44,745 nucleotides of DNA from an uncultured Micavibrio sp. (GTDB lineage Bacteria; Pseudomonadota; Alphaproteobacteria; Micavibrionales; Micavibrionaceae), in the NCBI GenBank assembly GCA_964562515.1, contig CAZLTT010000006.1, positions 1-44,745 of the forward strand. Direction: 5' to 3'. Of the stretch, positions 10,009 to 17,375 are shown piece after piece. The notes beneath the pieces were generated by a model. It searched no databases, was not told where the DNA came from, and was given only the letters and a program-made list of their open reading frames with translations. How positions within the stretch are numbered: the first letter of the stretch is position 1; each line of letters opens with the position of its first letter. A program made the position numbers and the translations under genes.

Positions 10009-10161
10009 TTAATGTTGTATATGCGTCGTCTGATATGGGCGTATGCCTTCTGTCACAAGAATTTCATTGGCTACATGGTCCATATCCTGTCTGCCATATG
10101 CGATGGCATCCATGACGCGGATTGTCGGTCTGTACGATCTGTTCTGGTTTGAGCGGTTCAT
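10009..10161 (-). CDS. Candidate 50-codon micro-ORF
   Basis: My own translation is MNRSNQNRSYRPTIRVMDAIAYGRQDMDHVANEILVTEGIRPYQTTHIQH. AAGGAG sits 7 nt upstream of the ATG. Confidence 0.35.
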   Translation of the reverse strand: MNRSNQNRSYRPTIRVMDAIAYGRQDMDHVANEILVTEGIRPYQTTHIQH

Positions 10162-10191
10162 TGGTTTTCTCCTTTTTCTTCAAAGTCTACA

Positions 10192-10207
10192 TATCTACCA
10201 ATAGGTA
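10192..10207 (-). promoter_or_regulatory. Second copy of the putative TetR operator (TACCTA-TTGG-TAGATA), overlapping a weak promoter
   Basis: Lies in the 96-nt gap between the tetR stop and micro-ORF 1. Over the surrounding 20-mer, 16 of 20 positions match the tetR-promoter box. Possible TTAACC-18-TAGATA promoter. Confidence 0.4.
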
Positions 10208-10257
10208 AGTATTTAGGTTAAAAATTTTTGCGGGCAAGGCCCTTTTGAATGTTTCTT

Positions 10258-10812
10258 TTAACTATATTCGATGCGCTTGCGGATAGCGTTACATACGCGC
10301 TCTAATGAATCGTCTTTCTTAATTCGGGCAAGCATAAGTACGCCTTTTAATGAAGCTACAATCAACAAGGCCATGTCATAAGGCGGGATATCGAATTTAA
10401 ACTCTTCTTTAGCCAACCCATAGGTTAAAACCTCCGTTAAAAGCTCTAATTCTACATCCGTGACATTGCGGATTTTTGCAACCAACTCATCGGACATACC
10501 GGATGAATCGGACTGCATAGCATTGATTCCACATAGTTTTTTGTTTCCGCATCCGCGTATGAGGCCAAAATAGCTTTCCAACTTGGCATCCGCAGATTCA
10601 ATGGAGGACAGCTCCTCACGAAACTTACGCAGGCGTGCGATTTTTTGATCGCAATAGGCAATGCCGAGCTGTTCCTTGGAGGGGAAGTGGTGATGGATGC
10701 TCGCCTTGGTAATGCCCAACGCCTTTGAGAGGTCGGCATAAGAAAAACCCTTATAGCCATGTTCTTGGATAAGGTCGCCGGCCAAAACTAATATTTCATC
10801 TCTTCTATTCAT
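10258..10812 (-). CDS. TetR family transcriptional regulator (NemR-like context)
   Basis: The ORF track gives 10258..10875. I prefer the ATG at 10812 (MNRRDEILVLAGDLIQEHGYKGFSYADLSKALGITKASIHHHFPSKEQL, a canonical TetR HTH). A near-consensus promoter lies inside the longer N-terminal extension. Confidence 0.85.
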   Translation of the reverse strand: MNRRDEILVLAGDLIQEHGYKGFSYADLSKALGITKASIHHHFPSKEQLGIAYCDQKIARLRKFREELSSIESADAKLESYFGLIRGCGNKKLCGINAMQSDSSGMSDELVAKIRNVTDVELELLTEVLTYGLAKEEFKFDIPPYDMALLIVASLKGVLMLARIKKDDSLERVCNAIRKRIEYS

Positions 10813-10818
10813 AGTATC

Positions 10819-10847
10819 AATATACCTACTACTAGGTAGGTTGTCAA
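10819..10847 (-). promoter_or_regulatory. Near-consensus sigma70-type promoter with an embedded palindromic operator; predicts a leaderless tetR mRNA
   Basis: Minus strand reads TTGACA (10847-10842), 17 nt, TATATT (10824-10819), 6 nt, then ATG (10812). The spacer contains the perfect palindrome TACCTA-GTAG-TAGGTA (10823-10838). Confidence 0.55.
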
Positions 10848-10929
10848 GCGGCAATTTCAGCTTTTGCGATTTCATTAGCTAATAACTGGCGGCTCTGATA
10901 GTCTCCGCCGCGCATATGAAGAGGATCTT

Positions 10930-12210
10930 ATGAAGCCGGCATCTCGAATTGAAGCAACGATAGAAGTGTTGCAAAGAATTAACGACCAGACACGTGTCCC
11001 GATGGATTCCGTGATCGGTGACTATATGCGTCAACGCCGTTACATCGGATCGAAAGACCGCAAGGAAATTGCCGAGCGTGTATATGACATGACCCGTGCC
11101 CATGCGCGTCTTGGATGGTGGCTTGAAAAAATTGGCGCGCAGGATACTCCGCGCGAGCGTATCATTGCGTGGCTTGCTCTGGGTGAACAGGTTGAAGCTT
11201 CACGTGCCAAGACTTTATTCGATGGCAGCAAATATGCGCCCGAACCATTAAGTGACAAAGAAGCAAAACGTTTCGGTCATCTGGAGGGACGTTCCTTCGA
11301 TCACCCCGATATGCCGATAGACGTCGCGTTGGAATGCCCGCCTGATTACGCAGAAAGTCTTCAGGCCTATTTCGGCGCAGGTTTCGAAGAGGAAATGGCG
11401 GCATTGCTCGAACCTGCGACTCTGGATTTAAGGGTAAACACATTCGTTTTGACACGGGAAGAGGCAGCAAACTCGCTGAAAAAAGACGGCGTCGCAACAA
11501 ATGAAACACCTTACTCGCCATGGGGCTTGCGCTGTACCAGCAAAGCCTACCTTGCCAAAACAAAGGCGCTGACCAAAGGGCATGTCTCGATACAGGACGA
11601 GGGCTCACAGTTGATCGCGTATTTGTGTGATGCGCAGCCCGGCTCTCAAGTTCTGGATTACTGTGCGGGAGCGGGCGGAAAAACATTGGCACTTGCCGCT
11701 ATGATGAAGCGTAAAGGCCGCATCGTAGCCATGGATAACGATGAAAAGCGCCTGATGAAAGGCAAGCAGCGTTACAAAAAGTCAGGGCTGGCTGATATTA
11801 TCGAAGCCCGCCCGATTGATGAAAAAGGCCGTAAATGGCTGAAACGTCAAAAGGGCAAGTTCGATGTCGTTCTGACCGATGTCCCTTGTAGCGGGACAGG
11901 AACATGGCGGCGTAACCCCGATATGCGTTGGACGAATTACGGACCTGAATTATCTGAGCTTATTGAAATTCAAAAGGATATCCTCGAGCGTGCATCTAAG
12001 ATGGTGAAACCCGAAGGGCGATTGGTATACGCGACATGCTCGCTATTGCCGGAAGAAAATGAACAGCAAATCGAGGCATTTTTGAAAGCAAATGCTGATT
12101 TTGAAATTGTACCGACACCGGAAGAACTCGGCACACCGTTCATGCGCCTTACGCCGCATCGACATCAAACCGATGGTTTTTTCTGCGCTGTGCTCTCCAG
12201 AAAACCCTGA
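10930..12210 (+). CDS. RsmB/Sun-family 16S rRNA m5C methyltransferase
   Basis: 426 aa. SAM site DYCAGAGGKT. Catalytic motifs DVPCSGTGTWRRNPD and YATCSLLPEENE. Confidence 0.85.
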   Translation: MKPASRIEATIEVLQRINDQTRVPMDSVIGDYMRQRRYIGSKDRKEIAERVYDMTRAHARLGWWLEKIGAQDTPRERIIAWLALGEQVEASRAKTLFDGSKYAPEPLSDKEAKRFGHLEGRSFDHPDMPIDVALECPPDYAESLQAYFGAGFEEEMAALLEPATLDLRVNTFVLTREEAANSLKKDGVATNETPYSPWGLRCTSKAYLAKTKALTKGHVSIQDEGSQLIAYLCDAQPGSQVLDYCAGAGGKTLALAAMMKRKGRIVAMDNDEKRLMKGKQRYKKSGLADIIEARPIDEKGRKWLKRQKGKFDVVLTDVPCSGTGTWRRNPDMRWTNYGPELSELIEIQKDILERASKMVKPEGRLVYATCSLLPEENEQQIEAFLKANADFEIVPTPEELGTPFMRLTPHRHQTDGFFCAVLSRKP

Positions 12211-12264
12211 CTTGTCTATGATGTGATACACACTAGTTTGTCTTGAAACTATGAGGAGCACATC

Positions 12265-12960
12265 ATGAAAGAAACTTTGGCCATTTTATTTATTGTAACC
12301 TCGCAAGCTTTGATGCCCGGAACTGACGAGCAGACCGGTGTGTGGCTTGAGGAGCTGACAACACCTTATTACGCGTTTGTCGACGAAGGTTATACCGTTG
12401 AAATTGCCTCTGTTAGTGGTGGAGATATTCCGATCGACCCGCGCTCTTTATCCGAGGATGCGAAGCAAGAGGAAAGCGTGAAGCGGTATTTTGAAGATGA
12501 GGCCTTGCAGGCTTTGGTCAAAAATACGACCAGTGCCGATAATGTCGACATTCATAAATATGATGCGGTCTTCTTTCCGGGTGGCCACGGAACTATGTGG
12601 GATTACCCTGAAAATGAGGATCTCGCGAAAATTATTCGAACGGCCCTTTCGCTGGATAAGCCTGTCGCTTCTGTATGTCATGGGCCGGCCGTTTTGATCG
12701 GAGTAGAGACAGCCGATGGTGCTCCGCTTGTGCGGGGCCGAAAAGTGTCCGCTTTTACTGATAGTGAAGAAGTGGCCGTAGGCTTGGATGAAAAAGTACC
12801 GTTTCTGTTAGAAAGCCGCTTACGGGAGTTAGGAGCAGAAATCGTCAAGACCGATGACTTTCAGCCCATAGCCACGGTTGATGGCTTGCTTGTGACAGGA
12901 CAAAATCCTGCATCGGCTGAGCCTGTTGCCAAGGAAGTAATTAAGTTATTAAAGAAGTAA
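12265..12960 (+). CDS. DJ-1/PfpI family (type 1 glutamine amidotransferase-like) protein
   Basis: 231 aa. Nucleophile elbow SVCHGPAVL. FFPGGHG motif. GAGGAG SD upstream. Confidence 0.8.
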   Translation: MKETLAILFIVTSQALMPGTDEQTGVWLEELTTPYYAFVDEGYTVEIASVSGGDIPIDPRSLSEDAKQEESVKRYFEDEALQALVKNTTSADNVDIHKYDAVFFPGGHGTMWDYPENEDLAKIIRTALSLDKPVASVCHGPAVLIGVETADGAPLVRGRKVSAFTDSEEVAVGLDEKVPFLLESRLRELGAEIVKTDDFQPIATVDGLLVTGQNPASAEPVAKEVIKLLKK

Positions 12961-12977
12961 TTGTCTTTGAACCAGCA

Positions 12978-13595
12978 CTAGGCTTCACGACTTGGGTTTG
13001 ACAAACCTTGCGTGGCGGCTATTGCGCTTCCTTTTTCAAGAAGCCCGCGCATTTGAACGTCAATTTCTTCTACTAACCCCGCAGCGCGAAGGAGACGGCC
13101 TGTTGCCTCTTTGCGGTTTGCGCGCTCATTCAAAAAACCGGATACTTGATTGGGAATGCGCAATCCATGGGCGCGTGCGAATGAATTAATACGTGCCTCG
13201 GGCAGGTTGGAAGGGTCTTCCAATTGAGCGACCTCGCGCACTTTCTCGCCTATACCCGCAATAACGTTTTGCCCGTGTTCAGTTTCCACGGCCTTGGTCA
13301 GGTGAACGGCTTTTTCAGCAAACACCCGCATCTGTACCGTTGGCGTGTAGCCAATGCGAGCGTTTTCGCCGGGGTTTCTGATTTCATCACGTATACGGCC
13401 CAAATCATCATGGGCTTTATAGGCCTTGAAAAACGCACTTGTTTTTTGCTCTGAGCCGAGAGTTGTATCGGTCGCAATTTCTACAAGTCGGCCGTAGAGG
13501 GCCTGATCTTCGGTAACACGGTCTACGCCATCTTCTGTGCCGAGGATGTCGCGGGCTTGTGCGGCTAATTGATCAACTGCTTCATTCATAGCCAA
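12978..13595 (-). CDS. Hypothetical protein, paralog A of a tandem pair
   Basis: 205 aa. AGGAGA 7 nt upstream of the ATG. Its N-terminal half aligns by eye with the upstream neighbour (see findings). Confidence 0.65.
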   Translation of the reverse strand: MAMNEAVDQLAAQARDILGTEDGVDRVTEDQALYGRLVEIATDTTLGSEQKTSAFFKAYKAHDDLGRIRDEIRNPGENARIGYTPTVQMRVFAEKAVHLTKAVETEHGQNVIAGIGEKVREVAQLEDPSNLPEARINSFARAHGLRIPNQVSGFLNERANRKEATGRLLRAAGLVEEIDVQMRGLLEKGSAIAATQGLSNPSREA

Positions 13596-13613
13596 TTCTC
13601 CTGTGTGCCGCGC

Positions 13614-14171
13614 TTACGCGTGCGCTGCCTCGATTTCGGCATACAACATTTCTGTGTGCGGAGCGGGGGTCCAACCGCGCGTTTTCATCAACGTCTCACC
13701 GGCATGGACAAGGTTATCGACGCTGGTTTTCAAGACATCGATAAGATCTTCCTGAACGGTGCTTTGTGCATCTGTTGTTGGTGAAACAACTGTAAATGTG
13801 TTGAGCAAACCGAATTTTTTCAAACCTTGCTGAACTTCTTCCAGAGCGGCTTTGCCCTCGGGTGTCGAGATTGCAGCATTCAGCTTTGTGGCTTTTTCCA
13901 TCAAGCGGATTTGATGTGTTTGTTGGTCGGGCCCAATTCTGTCCCACTGTCCGGGATTAACGGCATCTGATTCAGCATAATCGAGCAAATCTTCGGCTTT
14001 AAAAACTTGAAACAACGCATGTGTTCTTTGCGCATCGTTCATATCTGTGTCCAAGCCCATTTCGGTCAAGGCGTGCAGAACTGCGCGGTCTTCATCCAGT
14101 TTTGTGGCATCAGCCTGAACGCCAAGCCATTCGCGCATTACGCGCTGTAGATCATGCGATGTCATATCCAT
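13614..14171 (-). CDS. Hypothetical protein, paralog B of a tandem pair
   Basis: 185 aa. AGGGA 6 nt upstream. Shares with paralog A the ED-A, DT, Q-T-A-F, KA-D-L and NPG---RIG columns. Confidence 0.65.
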   Translation of the reverse strand: MDMTSHDLQRVMREWLGVQADATKLDEDRAVLHALTEMGLDTDMNDAQRTHALFQVFKAEDLLDYAESDAVNPGQWDRIGPDQQTHQIRLMEKATKLNAAISTPEGKAALEEVQQGLKKFGLLNTFTVVSPTTDAQSTVQEDLIDVLKTSVDNLVHAGETLMKTRGWTPAPHTEMLYAEIEAAHA

Positions 14172-14201
14172 AGTTTTTCCCTATCTTTAAAAATTTGAAA
14201 G

Positions 14202-14230
14202 ACAATACACCAAAATAATAATTATGTAAA
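14202..14230 (-). promoter_or_regulatory. Candidate promoter for the paralog pair
   Basis: Minus strand reads TTTACA (14230-14225), 17 nt, then TATTGT (14207-14202), inside an AT-rich 85-nt gap. Confidence 0.35.
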
Positions 14231-14256
14231 GTAATTAATCTCGGTTAATAATCGCT

Positions 14257-14817
14257 CTAAACGCTTGCTGCGCGCTCTTCTTCCAACCTACCGCGTGCAT
14301 CATTCCAGTCTAGAAAGATCAAAAAACACGCAAAGGCGCAATACGCTGCAGGTACATACAACACCCACCACCCGAGAAAATAGCCCGGTAAAACGCAGAC
14401 CAATGCAAAAAAGAAGTTACGGACCATGGCCCGAAAATCACTGTCGATTACATTTTGTAATCTGACCAAACGCTGTTTGCGCAACTGTTCTTTGAGCTGC
14501 CCTGCCAGAATATCGGGATTTTCCTCTGAATAGGGGCATTTAGGCTTTCGTTGTGGCTTTTTGGGCTGCGGCGCGCGTTGGTGCAGCGTTTTCTCCCACC
14601 GTCTCTGCTCGGCTGTTGCACGGTCTTTGAGGATAATTTCCTCGGCCTGTATCAGCTTCCTGAACAGTTGCTCATTCTCCGCCTGAACCTCAGGCGAAGA
14701 ATTTCTATGCATGTCGGGATGGTGTTTTTTGGCCAGTACACGGAAACGATCCTCGATCTCCTGATCCTCACATGTCGGCAGGAGATCGAAAAAATCGTAA
14801 GCCTGTTGTACGTTCAT
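14257..14817 (-). CDS. J-domain (DnaJ-like) protein with a C-terminal membrane anchor
   Basis: 186 aa. J-domain signature FRVLAKKHHPDMHRN (HPD). Basic linker. C-terminal hydrophobic hairpin FFFALVCVLPGYFLGWWVLYVPAAYCAFACFLIFL. Its ATG lies 6 nt after the metE stop. Confidence 0.75.
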   Translation of the reverse strand: MNVQQAYDFFDLLPTCEDQEIEDRFRVLAKKHHPDMHRNSSPEVQAENEQLFRKLIQAEEIILKDRATAEQRRWEKTLHQRAPQPKKPQRKPKCPYSEENPDILAGQLKEQLRKQRLVRLQNVIDSDFRAMVRNFFFALVCVLPGYFLGWWVLYVPAAYCAFACFLIFLDWNDARGRLEEERAASV

Positions 14818-14823
14818 GCCGTG

Positions 14824-17160
14824 TTAGGCAGCTTCCGCAGCCTTCGACTCTTCGCGCATATGTTTGGCAGCAGTCACCATATTTTTCAGCGCTTCTTTCA
14901 CTTCCGGCCAACCGCGTGTCTTCAGACCACAGTCAGGGTTCACCCAGATCTGACGCTCATCAAGCACCTTCTTGGCTTTCTCCAGCAACTGAGTCATTTC
15001 ATCAACGCTCGGAACACGTGGGGAGTGAATGTCGTATACGCCCGGACCAATCTCGTTCGGGTATTTGTAATCAACAAACGCATCCAGCAATTCCATCTGT
15101 GAACGTGAAGTCTCGATAGAGATCACATCCGCATCCATCGCACCGATTGAGTCAATAACGTCATTGAACTCGGAGTAGCACATGTGGGTGTGGATTTGTG
15201 TCTCGTCTTCAACACAGCAAGATGTCAGACGGAAGTTCTCAACCGCATTGTCGAGATATTCTTTCCAGTCATCACGACGCAGAGGCAGACCTTCACGGAA
15301 CGCCGCTTCGTCGATCTGGATCATCTTGATACCGGCTTCTTCCAGGTCGGACACTTCATCGCGGATCGCCAAGGCAATCTGACGGGCTGTGTCGTTACGT
15401 GGCTGATCGTCACGAACAAATGACCATTGCAGGATCGTGATCGGGCCTGTCAACATACCCTTCATGATCTTGTCTGTCTGGCTTTGTGCGTATTTGGACC
15501 ATTCAACAGTCATGGCTTCCGGACGGGAAACATCACCGAAGATGATAGGTGGCTTCACGCAACGTGAACCGTATGATTGAACCCAACCGAATTTGGAGAA
15601 TGCGAAGCCTTTCAGCTGTTCACCAAAATATTCCACCATGTCGTTTCGCTCTGGCTCACCGTGAACAAGAACGTCGATATCGGCTTCGTGTTGGAAGTCC
15701 ACAACTTCGCGGATTTCCTTTTCCATCGCAGCCTTGTAACCCGCTTCGTCCAATTCACCCTTTTTGAAGGCGGCACGGGCTTTACGGATTTCTTGCGTTT
15801 GCGGGAAAGAACCGATTGTTGTTGTCGGGTAAAGCGGAATATCAAGCGCCGCATGCTGCGCTGCCTGACGTGCGGCAAAAGCAGATTTACGCTCTTTCAT
15901 ATCATCGCTGATATTTGCAACGCGGTCTTCGACGGCTTTGTCGTGAATACGTGTCGACGTTTCGCGCGCTTGTTGTGCTTTCTCACTCGTTGTCAGCTCG
16001 GCTGCAATGTTTTCGCGGCCGTTATTGACGCCTTTGGCAATCGCGGCAATCTCGTCCAGCTTCTGTGTGGCATACGCCATCCAGCCTTTAAGCTCATCAT
16101 CCAGTTGTGTCTCGGAGTTAAGATCAACAGGTGTGTGGAGCAAAGAACAGCTTGGGCCGACGAAGACGCGGTCGCTGCCGAGTGCTTCAACAGCTTTTTC
16201 GATCTTGCCCAAAGAATCGGCCAGATCGTTTTTCCAGATGTTACGGCCATCAACAACGCCCAAAGACAGAATCTTCTCATCACCGATCAGCGATAAAGCC
16301 TGTTCGATGTCTTTGTTCGGATCGTTGGCAGTAGTGTTCGCACGACCGGAACCGCGGCACAGGTCAATGTGAAGAGCATCTACAGGCAGGCTGAATGCCA
16401 ATTCCGCATTGTCTTTCAAGCTTTCGAAATATGTTGCGACAAGAACTTGCAGACCTTCAGGCTTTTCAAGCTTGTCGTATGCAGTCTTGATCACGCCCTG
16501 ACCAATTTCACACAGATCGAGGGAGAATACAGGCTCGTCAATCTGAACCCATTTCGCACCACGCTCTGCCAATCCTTTAAGGATTTCGTTGTAGGCAGGG
16601 ATCAATGTCTGAACAAATTCTTCGTGCTTGAAACCGTCATATTGAGGCTTACCGAGGAATGTATATGTCGCAGGACCAACAATCACAGGGCGTGTTTCAA
16701 TGCCTTGTGCTTTGGCTTCTTCATATTCATCAAAGATTTTTGTCGAAGACAGTTTCGGTGTCATGCCTTCTTCGAATTCAGGAACGATGTAGTGGTAGTT
16801 CGTGTCGTACCACTTTGTCATTTCCATGGCTGTCACATCAACGCCGTCCTTTTGCGCGCCGCGTGCCATCGCGAAATATGTATCAAGGTCGATCTTGCCG
16901 CCGTCATGCTTGTAGCGGGATGGGATCAGGCCAAGTGTTGTCGTCAGATCAAGGATTTGGTCGTAATACGCGAAATCGTTAGATGGAATAACATCCAGTC
17001 CGGCATCCTTTTGGCGCTTCCAGTTTTGCGCGCGCAATTCCTTACCAACCGCGAGCAACTCTTCCTTGCTGCTCTTACCTTTCCAGTATGCCTCAACCGC
17101 TTTTTTCAATTCGCGCATTGGGCCGATACGTGGAAACCCTAAATTCGTTGCCAATACCAT
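14824..17160 (-). CDS. metE: Cobalamin-independent methionine synthase
   Basis: About 778 aa from the ATG at 17160 (MVLATNLGFPRIG...), which has AAGGA 8 nt upstream. The track start at 17178 is a TTG. Collinear with the MetE two-barrel architecture (GFPRIG, VHGEPERNDMVEYFG, HTHMCYSEF, PDCGLKTR). Confidence 0.95.
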   Translation of the reverse strand: MVLATNLGFPRIGPMRELKKAVEAYWKGKSSKEELLAVGKELRAQNWKRQKDAGLDVIPSNDFAYYDQILDLTTTLGLIPSRYKHDGGKIDLDTYFAMARGAQKDGVDVTAMEMTKWYDTNYHYIVPEFEEGMTPKLSSTKIFDEYEEAKAQGIETRPVIVGPATYTFLGKPQYDGFKHEEFVQTLIPAYNEILKGLAERGAKWVQIDEPVFSLDLCEIGQGVIKTAYDKLEKPEGLQVLVATYFESLKDNAELAFSLPVDALHIDLCRGSGRANTTANDPNKDIEQALSLIGDEKILSLGVVDGRNIWKNDLADSLGKIEKAVEALGSDRVFVGPSCSLLHTPVDLNSETQLDDELKGWMAYATQKLDEIAAIAKGVNNGRENIAAELTTSEKAQQARETSTRIHDKAVEDRVANISDDMKERKSAFAARQAAQHAALDIPLYPTTTIGSFPQTQEIRKARAAFKKGELDEAGYKAAMEKEIREVVDFQHEADIDVLVHGEPERNDMVEYFGEQLKGFAFSKFGWVQSYGSRCVKPPIIFGDVSRPEAMTVEWSKYAQSQTDKIMKGMLTGPITILQWSFVRDDQPRNDTARQIALAIRDEVSDLEEAGIKMIQIDEAAFREGLPLRRDDWKEYLDNAVENFRLTSCCVEDETQIHTHMCYSEFNDVIDSIGAMDADVISIETSRSQMELLDAFVDYKYPNEIGPGVYDIHSPRVPSVDEMTQLLEKAKKVLDERQIWVNPDCGLKTRGWPEVKEALKNMVTAAKHMREESKAAEAA

Positions 17161-17268
17161 GACTGTAATCCTTCTCAAATTTGTTCAATGCCGCTCACTA
17201 TAGAGAGCGACGATGTTAAATAAAAGCACCTTGTATGGGGGGTATGTAATCCGTGATCCATCTCGGCG

Positions 17269-17316
17269 CTTTAGCTTTGTTGACGCGGTGCAAGCTGCTG
17301 TAGTCAAATCCCGCGA
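17269..17316 (-). promoter_or_regulatory. SAM-II riboswitch (metE leader)
   Basis: Minus strand reads UCGCGGGAUUUGACUACAGCAGCUUGCACCGCGUCAACAAAGCUAAAG. P1 pairs CGCGG with CCGCG. Loop AGCUU pairs with downstream AAGCU to form an H-type pseudoknot. It has the U-rich GAUUUG strand and the 3' AAAGCUAAAG hallmark. It starts at the TSS predicted from TTGACA (17353-17348), 18 nt, TATGTA (17329-17324). Confidence 0.7.
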
Positions 17317-17375
17317 TTGGCCTTACATAGCCATGGTTTGAGGGCAATGTCAACACCCCCTTTAGTGCATATAAT

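Noticed and set aside
9943-10152. A 69-aa plus-strand ORF in the tetR-nemA gap.
   Set aside because: It has a non-ATG start, no SD and a hydrophobic, Cys-rich junk-like sequence. It is on the opposite strand to the operon. The minus strand carries two SD-preceded micro-ORFs instead.
10813-10875. A 21-codon N-terminal extension of the TetR ORF (MKSQKLKLPLDNLPSSRYIDT).
   Set aside because: The extension contains a TTGACA-17-TATATT promoter and a perfect palindromic operator. The TetR HTH begins at the normal distance from the internal ATG at 10812.
11162-11692. A 176-aa ORF antisense to the rsmB-like gene. Similar shadow ORFs lie at 27026-27562 (pdxS), 31776-32339 (thrC/M16) and 37318-37890 (asnB).
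   Set aside because: All lie opposite genes with unambiguous family signatures. All have Arg/Ser/Cys-rich translations without start signals.
15577-17142. Two very long plus-strand ORFs (239 aa and 257 aa) antisense to metE.
   Set aside because: The minus-strand frame is unmistakably MetE along its full length. The antisense translations are Cys/Arg/Phe-rich with no motifs or SD. They are typical shadow ORFs.
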